DNA of 64,000 nt. Origin: Scenedesmus sp. PABB004. Lineage: Eukaryota. How positions within the stretch are numbered: the stretch's first letter is position 1; the number at the start of each line of letters is the position of its first letter. Position numbers and translations under genes: made by a program. The DNA lies in the NCBI GenBank assembly GCA_014905635.1, contig JABVCE010000014.1, positions 620,001 through 684,000 on the forward strand. The letters run 5' to 3'. Positions 40,137-52,430 of the stretch are shown here, piece after piece. A model generated the notes under the pieces. The model had not been told where the DNA came from, did not search any database, and was given only the letters and a program-made list of their open reading frames with translations.

Positions 40137-40762
40137 ATGGAGCGGGACGACTGGGCCCGCGGCGCCCGCGCGCTGTCCGCCGCGGCGACGCGCGCCGGCG
40201 CCGGTGCGCGGCCGCGCGGCCGCGCGGCCGCTGCCTGCGCGCGCGCCGCCGCTCACAACGCAGCGCGCGCCGCCGCAGAGCTCGCCAAGGCGCTGGCGGC
40301 GCTGGCGGCGCGCCAGGGGCTGGTCATCGGCCCGCCAGCGGCCGAGGCGGCGGCCGCGGCGGCGGCGCTGCTGGGGCGTGCCCGCGAGGCGCGCGCCGCG
40401 CTGGCCGGCCTGCAGCAGCAGGTCGCGGCCGCGTCGGGGCCGGCCGCGCTGGCAGAGCTGGCGTCCCGCGTCGCCGCGCTCACGGAGCTGCTGCGCGCGG
40501 TCAAGGCGAGCCAGCGGACGCAGTACGCGGCGCTGCTGGCCGCGGAGGCGGCGCTGGCCGCGGAGCTGGAGCCGGGCGCGCTGCAGCCGTGCGGGCCGTG
40601 GCCGCCCGGCGCCGGCTGGGCGGCGGGCGACGCGCGCGACGCAGGCGGCGAAGACGACGCGGGGCCGCCCGCGTCGCCGCCGGACCGGCCCGCGCGCCGC
40701 GGCGGCAGGCCGATGCAGCGCGCGCGCCCCGGCGCCGCCGCGCCGCGCGGCGACGGCGGCGA

Positions 40763-40799
<37 letters not shown>

Positions 40800-42079
40800 C
40801 CCCGGCCGGAGCCCGAGCAGTGCGGCGACGGCGAGCCCAGCGAGGCGCCCGGTCACGGCGGCAGCGCGCTGCTCTCCGAGGTGGTCGCACATGACGCCTT
40901 CCTGCAGCGCCACGGCGCCACGGGCGGCTGGCACCCCGACGACCACGCCGCGTTCCTCGCCGCGCTGCGGCAGGCCCGGTACGGCGCGGCGTGCGGCGCT
41001 GCGCGGCGCGCGGCGCGCACGGCCGCCGGCTCGGGGCGCAGGCCCCGCCGCAGCGAGCCGCCCGCGCTGCGGCACGCCGCGCGCGCAGGGGAGACTACAA
41101 CACCGTGCTTGCCACGGCGGGCGAGGCGCTGCCGACGCTGTCGCGCGCCGCCGTGGTCGCGCACTGCAAGTGGCACGCCGACCTGGTCGACCTCGACATG
41201 CGGCGGTGCGCGGCCGTGCGGCCGCGCCGCCGCGCCGCCGCGCCGCCGCGCCGCCGCGCCGCCGCGCCGCCGCCGCTGCCCGCCGCGCGCGCCCCCACGA
41301 GCCACTGCCGCCGCCGCCGCCGTCGCTGGCGGCGTTGCAGGCGCGTGGCGCTGGTCGACTGGCGCGCGGCGCGCGACGCGGCGCGCGCGGCGCGCGCGGC
41401 AGAGGCCGCGGCGTTTGCGGACGCGGCGGGCGCGCGGCCGGGCGGGGCGTCGCCGGACCAGCTGGGCAAGGAGGCGCGGCAGGCGCAGCGGCAGGCCGTC
41501 GCGCGGTGGAAGGCCGAGCGCGCGGCGGCGGCCGAGGCGGCGGCGGCGGCGGAGGCGGCGCGCGACGCGGAGGCGCGCGGCGCGGCGGCCGCAGCGCTGG
41601 CGGCGCGCCGCGCGGCGCTGCGGGGCCAGCTGGAGGCGGCGCAGGCGGCGCGGCAGCGGGCGCTGGCGGCCGCGGAGGCGCCGCCGCCGCTGGCGGCGCA
41701 GCCGTCGGAGCGGGAACTCGCGGCGGCGCGCGCGGCGCGGCAGCGGCTGCGCGAGCGCAGCGCGGCCGCGAGCCAGCGGCGCGGCGCGCTGCTGGCCGCC
41801 AAGCAGGAGCGCGAGGCGGCGCGCGAGCGCGCGCAGGCGCACCTGCTCGCGGCGCTCGAGGGGCGGCCCACCGCGGAGCGCGACGCGGGGCGGCTGCTGG
41901 TGGCCACGGCGGCGGCCGCCGCGCGCGCCGCCGAGGTCGCGGCCGCGCGCGCGGCCGACGCTGCGGCGGCGGGCGCGGGCGGCGACGGGCCGCAGCGCGA
42001 GCGCGGTGCCATCGCGTCGGGCTTTGTGTTGCACCTGGGGCACAAGGCCGTGCCCGCGTGGGCGAGCGGCATGCGGTGA
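40137..42079 (+). CDS. CCDC112: Coiled-coil domain-containing protein 112-like, 4 exons
   Basis: FLQRHGATGGWHPDDHAAFL, VVAHCKWH, a long A/R/E coiled coil and C-terminal HKAVPAWASGM, matching my recollection of CCDC112 motifs. Confidence 0.75.
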
Positions 42080-42255
42080 CGGCGCAAGCGTCGAGCGATC
42101 GCGCAAGGCCGCCAGGGCGCAGGCGCAGGGCTCAGCGCCGCTGCGCCGCCGCTGCACCGTGAGGCAGCATCGCCCGCCAGCTCTCAGACCGGGCAGCGAC
42201 GCCCGCCCGCGCAGCAACCACGCGCGCATGGCGGCGTGAGCAGCGAGCGCGTCTG

Positions 42256-45200
42256 ATGTTGACCCCCTCGTGAGGCCGCACCGGAGCGCACGTGCGGCCC
42301 GCACGCGCGCCCAGAGCTCGGCGCTCACTCCGGCTGCGCGCCACCGCAGGGCCGGCGCCGGCTGGAGCGGCGGCGGCGGAGCGCGGTGGGCGTCGGCGCG
42401 CGAGGCGGCCCGCGCGTGCGGCAACGCGCTCGTGCTGCTCGATGTGGCCGACGGGAGCCAGGTGCGGGGACGGCGGCGTGGCGTGGAGCCAGCTGGGGGC
42501 CCGCAGCTCACGCCGGCGGCCCGCGGCGCCCCGCGCCGCAGCGCGTGCTGCTCGCCGGCGGCGGGGGCGTCGCCGCCTTTGCGGCCAGCGCCGGGGCGGG
42601 CCTCATCGCTGTGGCCGAGCAGGTGGGGTCGCTGGCGCCGCGCCGGGCGACCCGCCGGTGCAGCCAGACGGCTCTGGCCGCTGCTGCGCGCGCCCACGCT
42701 GCGCCGCCGCCGCAGGGCTGCCCGCCGCGCCTGGCGGTGTACGGGACGTCAGACCTGCAGGCGGTGGCGCGCCTGGACGCTGAGGACGGCTGCACCGCGC
42801 TCGCGCTCTCGGGCGACGGCCAGCTGCTCGCCGCAGCGCTGGGCGCGCCGCGGCCGCGGCTGTGCGTGTGGCACTGGCGCGAGGTGCGCGAATCCTCGCC
42901 CCTAGCCTCCGGGCCCCCAGCGGCGCTGCGGCCGCACGATGCTGGCGCGCGCGGCAGCGTGCAAGCGCAGCGGCGGGCAAGGGCGACGCGCGCCGCGCCC
43001 CGCGCAGGGTGCGCTGCTGGCGTCGGCGCCGCTGGCGCGGCCCGCCGCGGCGGTCAGCTTCCACCCTGGTGACGCGTCGTGCCTGCTGACGGTGGCGGCG
43101 CCGGAGCCAGCGGGCGGCGACGGCGGGCGCGACGCGGAGCAGCTGCAGCTCTGGCGGCTGGACCGGCTCTGGCGCCGGCACGAGCTGCACGCGACCCCGC
43201 TGCACCTGCCCGAGGGCTGCACGCCAGCCTACCACGCGTGGGCGCCGGAGGTACGCACACGCTCGCCACGCCACCGGCGCGCCCGCGCCGCGCCGCGCGC
43301 CTGCCCCGAGCCGCCGCCGCCGCCGCGGTTGCCACCGCCGCGCAGGGCGTGTACGTCGGCTGCCCCAACGGCGCGCTGCTCTGCCTGCACCCCGAGACCT
43401 CCGCGCTGCTCGGCGCGGCCGCGCTCGAGGGCGACGCGCCGGTCAGCGCCGTCGCGGTCAACGCGCACGGCGTGGCGGCCGCCAGCAGCGGCGCGGGGAG
43501 CGTGGCCTGGTTCAGCCGCGCGCCGGCACGCGATGTGGACAGCAGCAGGGACGCGCCGCCGGTGGAGCTGCGCCCGCTCGGCTGCGCGCAGACAGGCAGC
43601 AGAGGTGCGCGCCCGGGCGGCTGGCGGCGGCAACGGGGGTGCAGCCGCAGCACGCGCTACCAGGGGCGCGATGGTGCTTCCAGCTGCCGCCCACTGCGCC
43701 GCGGTCCCCGCAGGCTGCAGCGACGTGAGCTACGGCGGTGCGCTGCAGGCAGACCTGCTCATCACCACTGCCGACGGCGCGCTGCTGCTGGCGGCGCCCG
43801 GCGCCGGCGGCGGCCTGGCCGACGTGGCGCTGGAGCCGCTCGCAGACTGCCACGTCGGCGCGGTCACGGGCCTTGCCGCCGCACCCGACGGCGCACACCT
43901 GCTGAGCTGCGGCGTTGACGGCAGCGTGCGCGCCTGGACGGCCGGCGGCGGGCAGCTCGCGGCACGGCGCGACGTGGGCGCGCGGCTGACCTGCTGCGCC
44001 GCCGCGGACGGCGGCGGGGGCGAGCCCGCCAGGCCGCTGCTGGCGGTCGGCTCCGAGGCCGGCGTGCTGAGGCTGCTCGCGCTGTCGGGCCTGCCGCGGC
44101 TGCCGGTGCTGTTCCGCGCGCGCCTCGCGGCGGCGGCGCTGACGCACGTCGCGTTCAGCCCCGGTGGCGCCATCCTCGCCGCCGCCGCCGGCCCCGCGGG
44201 CCGGCTGGCGCTGCTACGCGTGGACGGCTGTGAGCAGGCGAGCCTGCTGGGCTGCCTGGGCACCCCAGGTGGGCCGGGGCTGCGAGCATGGCCGCGTGCG
44301 TGGGCGGCCTCGTCAACGGCCACTGAGGCTGACACCCCTCGCCCGTTCGCGCTGCCTCCCCGCCGCGGCCCCGCAGAGCCCATCCTCAGCCTGTGCTGGA
44401 TCTCCAGCGGCGGCCCGCACGCGCCCGAACAGCTGCTGGTCGGCCTGGCGGGCGGCGGCCTGCTCGCGCTCACGCCCCCGGCGGCGCAGACAGGGGGGCA
44501 TCCGGGCAGCCTGGAGCTGAGCTTGGAGCAGCTGCAGGCGGTCACGACGGCGACCGAGGCGCCGCTGACACACCTTGCAGCCATCCATGTTGGCAGAGCC
44601 GCGAGCAGCGCCAGTGGCGCTGGCGCCGCGCTGCAGCCGGCGAGCATGCACGTGTTTGGCGCTGCCGGCGACGGCACGCTGCACCGGCTGGTGCTGCCGG
44701 CCGACGCCACTGGCTGGGCGGCGCTGCGCGGCAAGGTGCTGCGCAGCGCCGCCCGGGTGGCGCTGCCCTCGCCGCTGGTCGCGCTGGCGGCCAGCCCGAG
44801 CGGGGAGGCGCTGCTGGCGGCGACCGCAGACGGCGGCGTGCTGACGCTGCCAACCGAGGCGGCGGCCATGGCCGCGGCCTCGGCGGCGCTCGCGGCCGAG
44901 GGGGGCAGCCACGCCTGCGCGGTGGCGGCGCACGGCGCGCCCGCCAGCTGCGGCGCCCTCGTGGTGGCGTGGGGCGCGGACGGGCGTCGCGCCGCCAGCG
45001 GCGCGGCGGACGGCAGCCTGCTGCTGCACGCTGCGCCCGCTGAGCGCGCTTGCGAGCTGCCGCGCGTGCTGCCGCTGGATGCTGCCGCGGCGGAGGACCA
45101 GGAGGCGGCGGACGACCCCAGCGCCGCCACGCTGCTGGAGGCCGCCGCCGCGGCCGCGGCCGCCGCGGCGCGAACCGCGGGCGCGAGCGCGCGGCAGGCC

Positions 45201-48200
45201 ACGCTGCAGCGTCTGCAGGCGCTGCAGGCCCGCATGGCCGAGGTGGGGTTGCGCTGTTTGGGATGCAGGAGGGACGCTGCGCCGGGCTTGCCCAGGCGGC
45301 AGGCGGTCCGCAGCCGGCCGCGCGTGGCGCCACCACCGCGGCCACAGCGAGTCAGCGCCGTCCGCGACCGCCCGTGCTGTCGCAGGTGCACGCGGCCAAC
45401 GCCGCCCCGCCGCCCGAGCAGCGCCTCTCCGGCGCGGAGCTGGTCGTAGAGTTGCCCCGCCTCGCGGCGGCGCGCGCGGCCGTGGACGCAGAGGTGGCTG
45501 GGCTGCTGGCGGCCGTGGCACGGGAGACGAGTGCGACCGAGATTCGCGCGGCGCGGCTCAAAGCGCTGTGCTGGGACGGCATGGCGACCAAGCCGGCACT
45601 GGTGACGGGGTTACGGCCCGGCGGCCCGGAGGTGTGGAACTTTCCACTGCCGCCGCAGGACGAGGCGGCCTGGGCCAAGGTGCGCCGCGCAGGCGGCCTC
45701 GGGGGTGGGGCGTCACCAGGGCCGCGCCGCAGGCCGGCGGTGCTGGCTCCAGAGCCAGAGTGCTGCCGTCGCCGCGCTGCTGCCAGGTCGCCAACCTGCG
45801 GCGCGTGGAGATGGCCGAGGCGGCCGCGCAGGGCCTGCTGCCGGGTGACGCGCTGTTTGGCGGCGCCGGCGGCAGCGGCGGCCAGACAGCAAGCGGCGCA
45901 GTGGCGGGCGCCGTCGGCGCCGCGGCGGCGGCTTGCGTCGACGCCGCCGCAAGCGACGCGCATGCCAGCGTGGGCGCGGCAGGCCTGCTGCCCGCCGAGG
46001 CGTCGGCCGCAGGCGCGGCGGCAGCCGACGCGCACACAGGCAGCGGCGCGCCGGAGGCGCAGCGACTGCTGGCCGCGCTGGGCGACGCCCCCGCGGCGGC
46101 TTGCCGCGCGGCCGAGCTCGCGTACGCCGAGGTGGACGTGACGCACCCGGGGCGCAAGCTGGCGCAGGCCCAGATCTACCGCCGCCAGGTGTGGGAGGTC
46201 AAGACGCGGTGAGCGGGCGCGCGCGCGTGCGGGGCGGCCCGAGGGCGGCGGCGTGGCGCGGCCAGCGCGCTGGCACGCACGCTGCCGTCGAGCGCGCGCC
46301 GCCGCCGCGCGCCGTGCCGCCCGCCAGCTTCAACGAGGAGGCGTCGGCGCTCGCGGCCGCCAAGCGCCGCGATGCGGACAAGCTCGCCGACCTCGCTGCC
46401 CGCATGGACGAGCTCATCCGCGAGCTCCTCAAGATTCACGCCGTGCTGCACCCGCAGCAGGCCGCAGCGGGGCAGCCGCCGCCCGCCCGCGAGGCGTCGG
46501 CGACGCTGCTGCCGCTGTCGGGCGGGCCGTCGGCCGCGGACGCCGGGCCGGGGTCCGGCGGCGGCGAGCCGAGCGCGGCCGAGGTTGAGGCGGAGCTGCG
46601 CGCCGGGAGGCTCGTCGCGCACTGGAGCCCGGCGGAGGAGCTGGAGGAGCACCTGCTGTCGGTCGCGCCGGGCGAGGTCAAGGTGTGCGTCGACGCGGCT
46701 GACGCGGCGTGCCCGGCCGCGCCTGCTGGGCGGCGGGCGACCCGGCCGCAGGGCGGACGAGCGCGCCCGGCCGCGCCGCGCACGCAGGCGCCGCGCTACC
46801 TGTCGCCGGCCGAGCGCGCCAGGGCCGCGGCCGAGGACGCGGCGGCTGAGGACGCGCGGCACCGCGCGGCGGCCGACGACGCGGCCGACCGCGCACTCAA
46901 GCAGGTGCGCCGCCGCCCGCGCGGCGCCCCGTCGCCCGCGGCCGCCTTTCCGCGCAGCATCTCGTGCGCGCGCCGCTCACACGCGCCGCTCGCGCGGCGG
47001 CGGCGGCGGCGGCGGCGGCGCCCAGATGATGGGCGGCCGCCTCGAGCGCGCGACGGACGAGGTCGCCGACCTCGTCGCCTGCCGGCCCGCCTGGATGGCG
47101 GGCGACCCAGCGGGCTTCACCGAGGAGCAGCTGCGCCTGTACAAGGAGTGCGCCGCGCACGAGCAGGCGGCGGTCGAGGACCGGCTCAAGCGCAGGGCGC
47201 TCATGGTGCGCGGCGGCTGCCGGGCGCGGCTGCCGGGCGCGGAGCGGCCCCTGCGCAGCAGGCCAGCGCGGCGGCGCGCGGGCGCCACGCTGCCAACGGC
47301 GCGCACGCCGCGCACGCCGCGCACGGCGCACAGGAGACGGAGCTGCGCGCGCTCAAGGCGTCGGCCGAGGACGTGGCGGCGCGCTTTGACGGCGCCGTCG
47401 CAGCGCTCGCGGCGCGGCGGCTGGACGTGCAGATGGAGGTGCGCTGAGCCGGCCCCACCTGCCTGAGGCAGGCGGCTGGTGCCCAGCGCGATCCCGAGAT
47501 GCCGCCGCCGGCCGGCATCTTCCCGGCGCAGTCGCGCCAAGGCACGCCCGGTCTGCACCGCCGCCGCAGGTCGCCGCGCTGCAGCGGCGCGCCCTGAGCC
47601 TGCTGGCGGACTATGAAACCGCCACAGTGACCGCGGGGCGCGGCGCGGAGGCCGCCGCAGTCGTGCGGCTCGCGGCCGCGCAGGAGGCGCTCGCGGGCAC
47701 CGAGGCGGTGCGCTGGCGCCGGCGGCGCTGCGCCCCGCGGCGCTGGCCTGCCCCGCGTGCCGGCCGCACCCGAGCTGCGCCGCGCCCGGCCCGCGCGCTC
47801 GCAGGAGCTGGGCGAGACGCGCGCGCTGCACGACCAGCGGGCGGAGGCGCTCGCGGCGCTGCACGCGCAGGAGCGCGCCGCCGACCGCGGCTTCAAGCGA
47901 GAGTTTGCCGCGGCCGACGGCGCAGCACTGCCGCGCCTGCTCGCCCTGTACCGGGCCCGCCTCCTGCCGCCGGCCGGCGCGGCGGGCGCCGTGCCGCCCG
48001 CCGGCTCGGCGGTGCTGGTCTTCGGGCCGCTCGGCGGCGCGCCAGGCGCGGTCGGCGCGGCCGGCGGCGGCGCGGCCGCCGCCTCGGCAGCGAGCTCCGC
48101 GAGCACCGACCTGCGGGGGCCGCTGGGCCCGCCGCCGGTCGCGCTCGTGCCGCTGAACGACGCGCAGCGGCCGGAGGGCGTCGAGCCCGGCCTCTGGCGG

Positions 48201-49675
48201 CGCTTCGTCGAGTACCGAGCTGTGCGGGCGGAGCTCGAGATGTCCGCGCGCGAGCAGACCGCCCAGGTGCCGCCGCGGGCGTGCGGGCCGGGACGCGCCG
48301 TGCCGTTGCGCGCGGCGTGCCGACGCCGCCGCTGTCGCCACCGCTGCCGTCCGCGCAGCTGCTGAGCCTGCAGCGCCAGCTCGAGCTGCTCGCGGGCCGC
48401 CAGGCGGGACTGCAGGCGGAGGCCGCCGCTGCGGGCGAGGCGGTCGACGCGCTGCGCACGCAGCGTGTCGCGGCGACGTTTGACGTGGAGCTCCAGCTGC
48501 GCCTGACCCAGGGCCAGGCGCGCAACGCCGGCCGCCGCGCTGCTCCGTCGCCTGTGCGCGCACAGCGGCCCGAGCGCCGCGCCCCGCGCCCCGCGCGCCG
48601 CGCAGGTCGAGGTCGCGCCGGCGGGCGTGGGCGGGCCGCCGCCTGGCGCGCTGCTGCTGGGCCGCGCGCGCGTCGACGCGCTCAACGCAGTCATCGCCAC
48701 CAAGGGCGCCGCCAAGCTCGAGGCGCTGCGCGGCATGCGGGCGGTCAAGCGCAGCATCCATCTGGCGGAGTGGGAGAACCGCCGCGCGGACATGGAGGCG
48801 CGGCGCCGGCCAGCGCGCAGCGCGCGGCGCGGGCGCGCGGCGCGGGCGCGCGGCGCGGCGCCGGCCAGCGCGCAGCGCGCGGCGGCCAGCTGACCGCGTT
48901 TGCGGCGCGCCGCGCAGGCCGAGGACGCGGCGGCGCTGACGCAGCAGCTGCAGCTGCTGCACGTCACCAAGGACTTTCAGCAGCTGGTCAAGGCCGGCGC
49001 GAGCGGCGGCGCGAGCGGCGGCGCGCAGCACCAGGAGGTCGCAAACCTGGAGGGCCTGATCAAGGTGCGCGGGGGCCCCGGGGTCGGCGGCGGCGGCATG
49101 TCTGCTGCGAGCGCCGGTTGCCAGAGGCGCGCGCGGTGGGGGGCCAGCCTGGGCGGTGGGGCCGCCGCCCAGCGGCGGCCGGGCGCGCGCGCTCGCAGGT
49201 CCGGCAGGCGCTGCAGGCCAAGGCGGTGGACGTGAAGCGCCACCAGCTGCGGCGCGTGGAGGCGCGCATGGCCGCCACGCGCGCGGACAGCGCGCGCGCC
49301 GCGCAGCACCTCGCGGGCCTCGAGGCGCTGCTCGACGACCAGGAGCGCCTCGCGGGCGCCGCCGCGGGCGGCGACCCCGCGCCCGGCCGCCTCGCGCGGA
49401 GCCTCGCAACGCAGCGCAAGCTGCGCGACATCGCCGACGCGCAGGCCGCGGAGCTCGCGGCCGCGCGGGCGGAGCTCGCCGCGCTGCAGCGGCGCACGTT
49501 TCCGTTCTTTGATCCCGACGGCGGCGGCGGTGCGCGCGCGGGCGACCCCGCCGCGGGGGGCACGACGCTCGCGGCGCGGGCGGGCCGGGCGGCGGGCCCG
49601 GGGGCGCTGGGGCCGGACGCCAAGTCCACGAGCGCGGCGGCGCCGCGCAAGGCCCTGCTGCCAAGCCGGCGCTGA
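42256..49675 (+). CDS. CFAP43: Cilia- and flagella-associated protein 43 (WD40 repeats plus coiled coil), about 18 exons
   Basis: N-terminal WD repeats (LCVWHWRE, VSFHP, HVGAVTGL...LLSCGVDGSVRAW), RLKALCWDGM, ALKQ|MMGGRLE, LTQGQ|VEV, LQLLHVTKDFQ and KLRDIADAQAAEL...LQRRTFP. Start exon MLTPS is inferred from splice sites. Confidence 0.85.
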
Positions 49676-50080
49676 ACCGGCGGCGGCAACGGCGCCTGCC
49701 TCGCTCTGCGGCCGACGGTGGGGCGCGGCGCAGGGCTCGCCGCCAGGGCACAGCGCGGCCCCTCTGCGCGCTCTCGTCAGCCTGGCTGCGCCGCCGCCCG
49801 GTCCACACAGCCGCCAGCCCCACGCTGCACCCGCGCCCCACGCGCGCCCAGCCCGCGCCTCGCGCCTCGACGGAGAAGCAGCGCCGCCTCTGCCCCCAGT
49901 CGCCCCGCCCGCCCGTTCGCTGCAGCGCCGCGTGGTCCGTGGCCTGTGTCGGCTGCCGGTGCTGACCCGCAGCCCCGCCCGGCCCGCCCGGCCGCGTGGA
50001 GGCGGCGCCTGCCGCGCCCGCCGACAGGGCCGCCCGCCGTGGCTGCGCCTGGCCACGGTCCCGCCTGCAGCGCCGCGCCC

Positions 50081-52217
50081 ATGGAGCCCGACGATGCGGT
50101 GAGCGGAGATCACTTGCGGGCGCCAGCGGCCGGCGCCCGGCGGCGGCGCGGGGGCGGGACGAGCGCACGCAGCTGCCGCTGCTGCTGCGCGCCCGCCTGC
50201 GGCAGCCGCCCGCTTGCGCACGCGCGAGCGCCCCTGCTGCCAGCCTGAGCATCTCTCCCTCACCTCCGCCTCAACGCGCGTGCCGCAGGGCGCGTCGCCC
50301 TTTGCGCGGCTGCCGGCGGAGGTGCTGCCGCGTGTGCTGGCGGAGCTGGGCGTGCGCGAGCGCCTGGGCGCCGCCGCGCTTGTGTGCCGCGCCTGGGCCG
50401 ACGCGGCGGCCGCGTCCAGCAGCGAGGTGCACGTGAAGTTCGGCAAGTCCGAAAGCGCGGCCCAGCGCGCCGTCGCGCTCAACGACTGGCTGACGCGCCT
50501 TGGGCGCGGCGTGGCGAGCCTGTACGCTCACGGCCCTGGGGCTCACTCCGTGAAGCTGGAGCTGCCGCTGTCGCTGCCTCAGCTGTGCAGCCTGACGTGC
50601 ACGGGCATGACCATGGCGCTGCGCGGCGACGGCGGCGGCGGTGGTGGCGGCGGCGCCCCGCTGCCAGCGCTCCCGCCTCGACATGAACCGCTGCACCTTC
50701 CCCGCCGGCATGCTGTGCCCGGGCCTGCGCGAGCTGCGCCTGCGCGAGCTGAGCCTGTACAACTGCAAGGGGGCATCGGCCGGCGAGGTGCTGGCGGCGC
50801 TGCAGCGCATGCCGGCGCTCACAGACGTTTTGATCGTCGGCCACCCGCTGGCCAGCGCCGTGCTCTCGGCCGCAGCCGCGCTGACGGGGCTGCAGCGCCT
50901 GTCGCTGTATGTGCACGACGCACCAGGGCCGACGCATGTCCCGCCGCTGGCGCCCGCGCTCATGCACCTGGGTTTGAGTGGCCTGCAAGGCGGCGCGGCG
51001 GGCCCCGCCGCCCTTGCGCACCTGACGGGCCTCGAGTGCTTGCGCCTCTGCGACGTCACGCTGATCGACCCGGCCGCGGCGTTCGCGCCGCTCACGCGCC
51101 TCACGGCGCTGACGCTGCGCCTGTGGGAGGGCGGCGACAGCGCCACCACGTCGGCGCTGCTGCGCGTGCTGCCGCGCCTGGCCCGGCTGCAGGAGCTGTG
51201 CTTTGACTTCGGGGACCAGCAGGTCTTGGCCGGCTGCGCCGAGTCTGCCAGCAGCATCGCGGCGCTCACGGGGCTGTCGCACCTGTGGCTGCGTGGCGAC
51301 GGAGTGGCGCCCGGCGCCGCGGCGCGTCTGTTTGCTCGCGCGCTGCCGTCGCTGCGGGAGCTGACCATTTTTGGCTGCGAGCATGGCTCAGGCGCGCAGC
51401 TGGCGAAGGCTGAGCTGGACGCCCTGGTCGGCGCCTGCCCCGGCCTGCACAAGCTGCGGCTCTCGAGGGCAGTCGAGCCGGGCGTGTCCTGCGCACGCCT
51501 CGGCCTGCTGAGTGAGCTGACGTCGCTGGGACTGGCCGGCCACTGCGTGCGCGACGCCGACGTGGCGCACCTGGCGCGCGCGCTGACCGCGCTGCAGGAC
51601 CTCGACGTCCGCAGTGCGCCGCGGCTGGGCGCAGCCGGCGTGGCCAGCCTGGTGGACGCGACGCGGCTGACCCGTCTGACCCTTGAGCCGTGCGGCTTCA
51701 ACCCAGACGAGGATGATGGCGACGGCGTGGGCGGCGCCATCCTGATCTTGTTGAATGTCAGCGGCGGGCGCTTCCACGCGGCGGCCTGCTGACGCAGCTG
51801 CCTGCCCGTGCGCTCACGCGCTCACGCGTGCCCGTCGCCGCAGGAGGACCCGCCAATGGTCATGCGCGAGCTGGAGGAGCTGTGCCGCACCAACGAGGCG
51901 CTGTACAGGGCACTGCTGGAGCACAAGAGTGCGCAGCTGGCGGCGGCGCGCGGTGAGCGCTGCGAGCGGGAGCGCTGGTCGCGGCTGCGCCCTCTGGCGG
52001 GGGTCGCGCCCAGTCGCGGCGTGTGCGCGGCGTCTCACGTGCTGTGCCGCCACCGCCCCCCTCCCCGGCAGACGCGCAGCAGCAGACGCTGGCAGCCAAG
52101 GACCAGGAGCTGGCGGCCGCGCGCGTGAGGGAGCAGCGGCTGGCTGCGGAGCTGGCGGCCGCGCGCGCGCGGGCTGCGGAGCTGGAGCAGCAGCTGGCGG
52201 GGTGCGGGCGCGGCTGA
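50081..52217 (+). pseudogene. F-box/LRR paralog B with a 2-nt deletion frameshift at about 50672 (pseudogene or sequence error)
   Basis: Same exon layout as paralogs A and C. Reads CTC-CCGCCTC where A and C read CTC-ACCCGCCTC, so the F-box frame (ORF 50214) and the LRR frame (ORF 50641) differ. Confidence 0.65.
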
Positions 52218-52430
52218 GCGAGGCGGGTGGGGCGGCGCAGCGGCACGAGGGAGCAGTTGCGGCAAGGTTTGATGGTTGACACGACGCGGCGGTGCGGCGG
52301 CGACGGCGTGCGGGGCCAGAGGGTGAAGCGCGGCGCCGCCGCCGCGGAGAGGCGGCCGGAGGTGTGAAGCCCTACAGGCCCCCGGTCCCGCCCGCCATTG
52401 CCCGTTCTCACCGCACCGCACTCCTGACGC

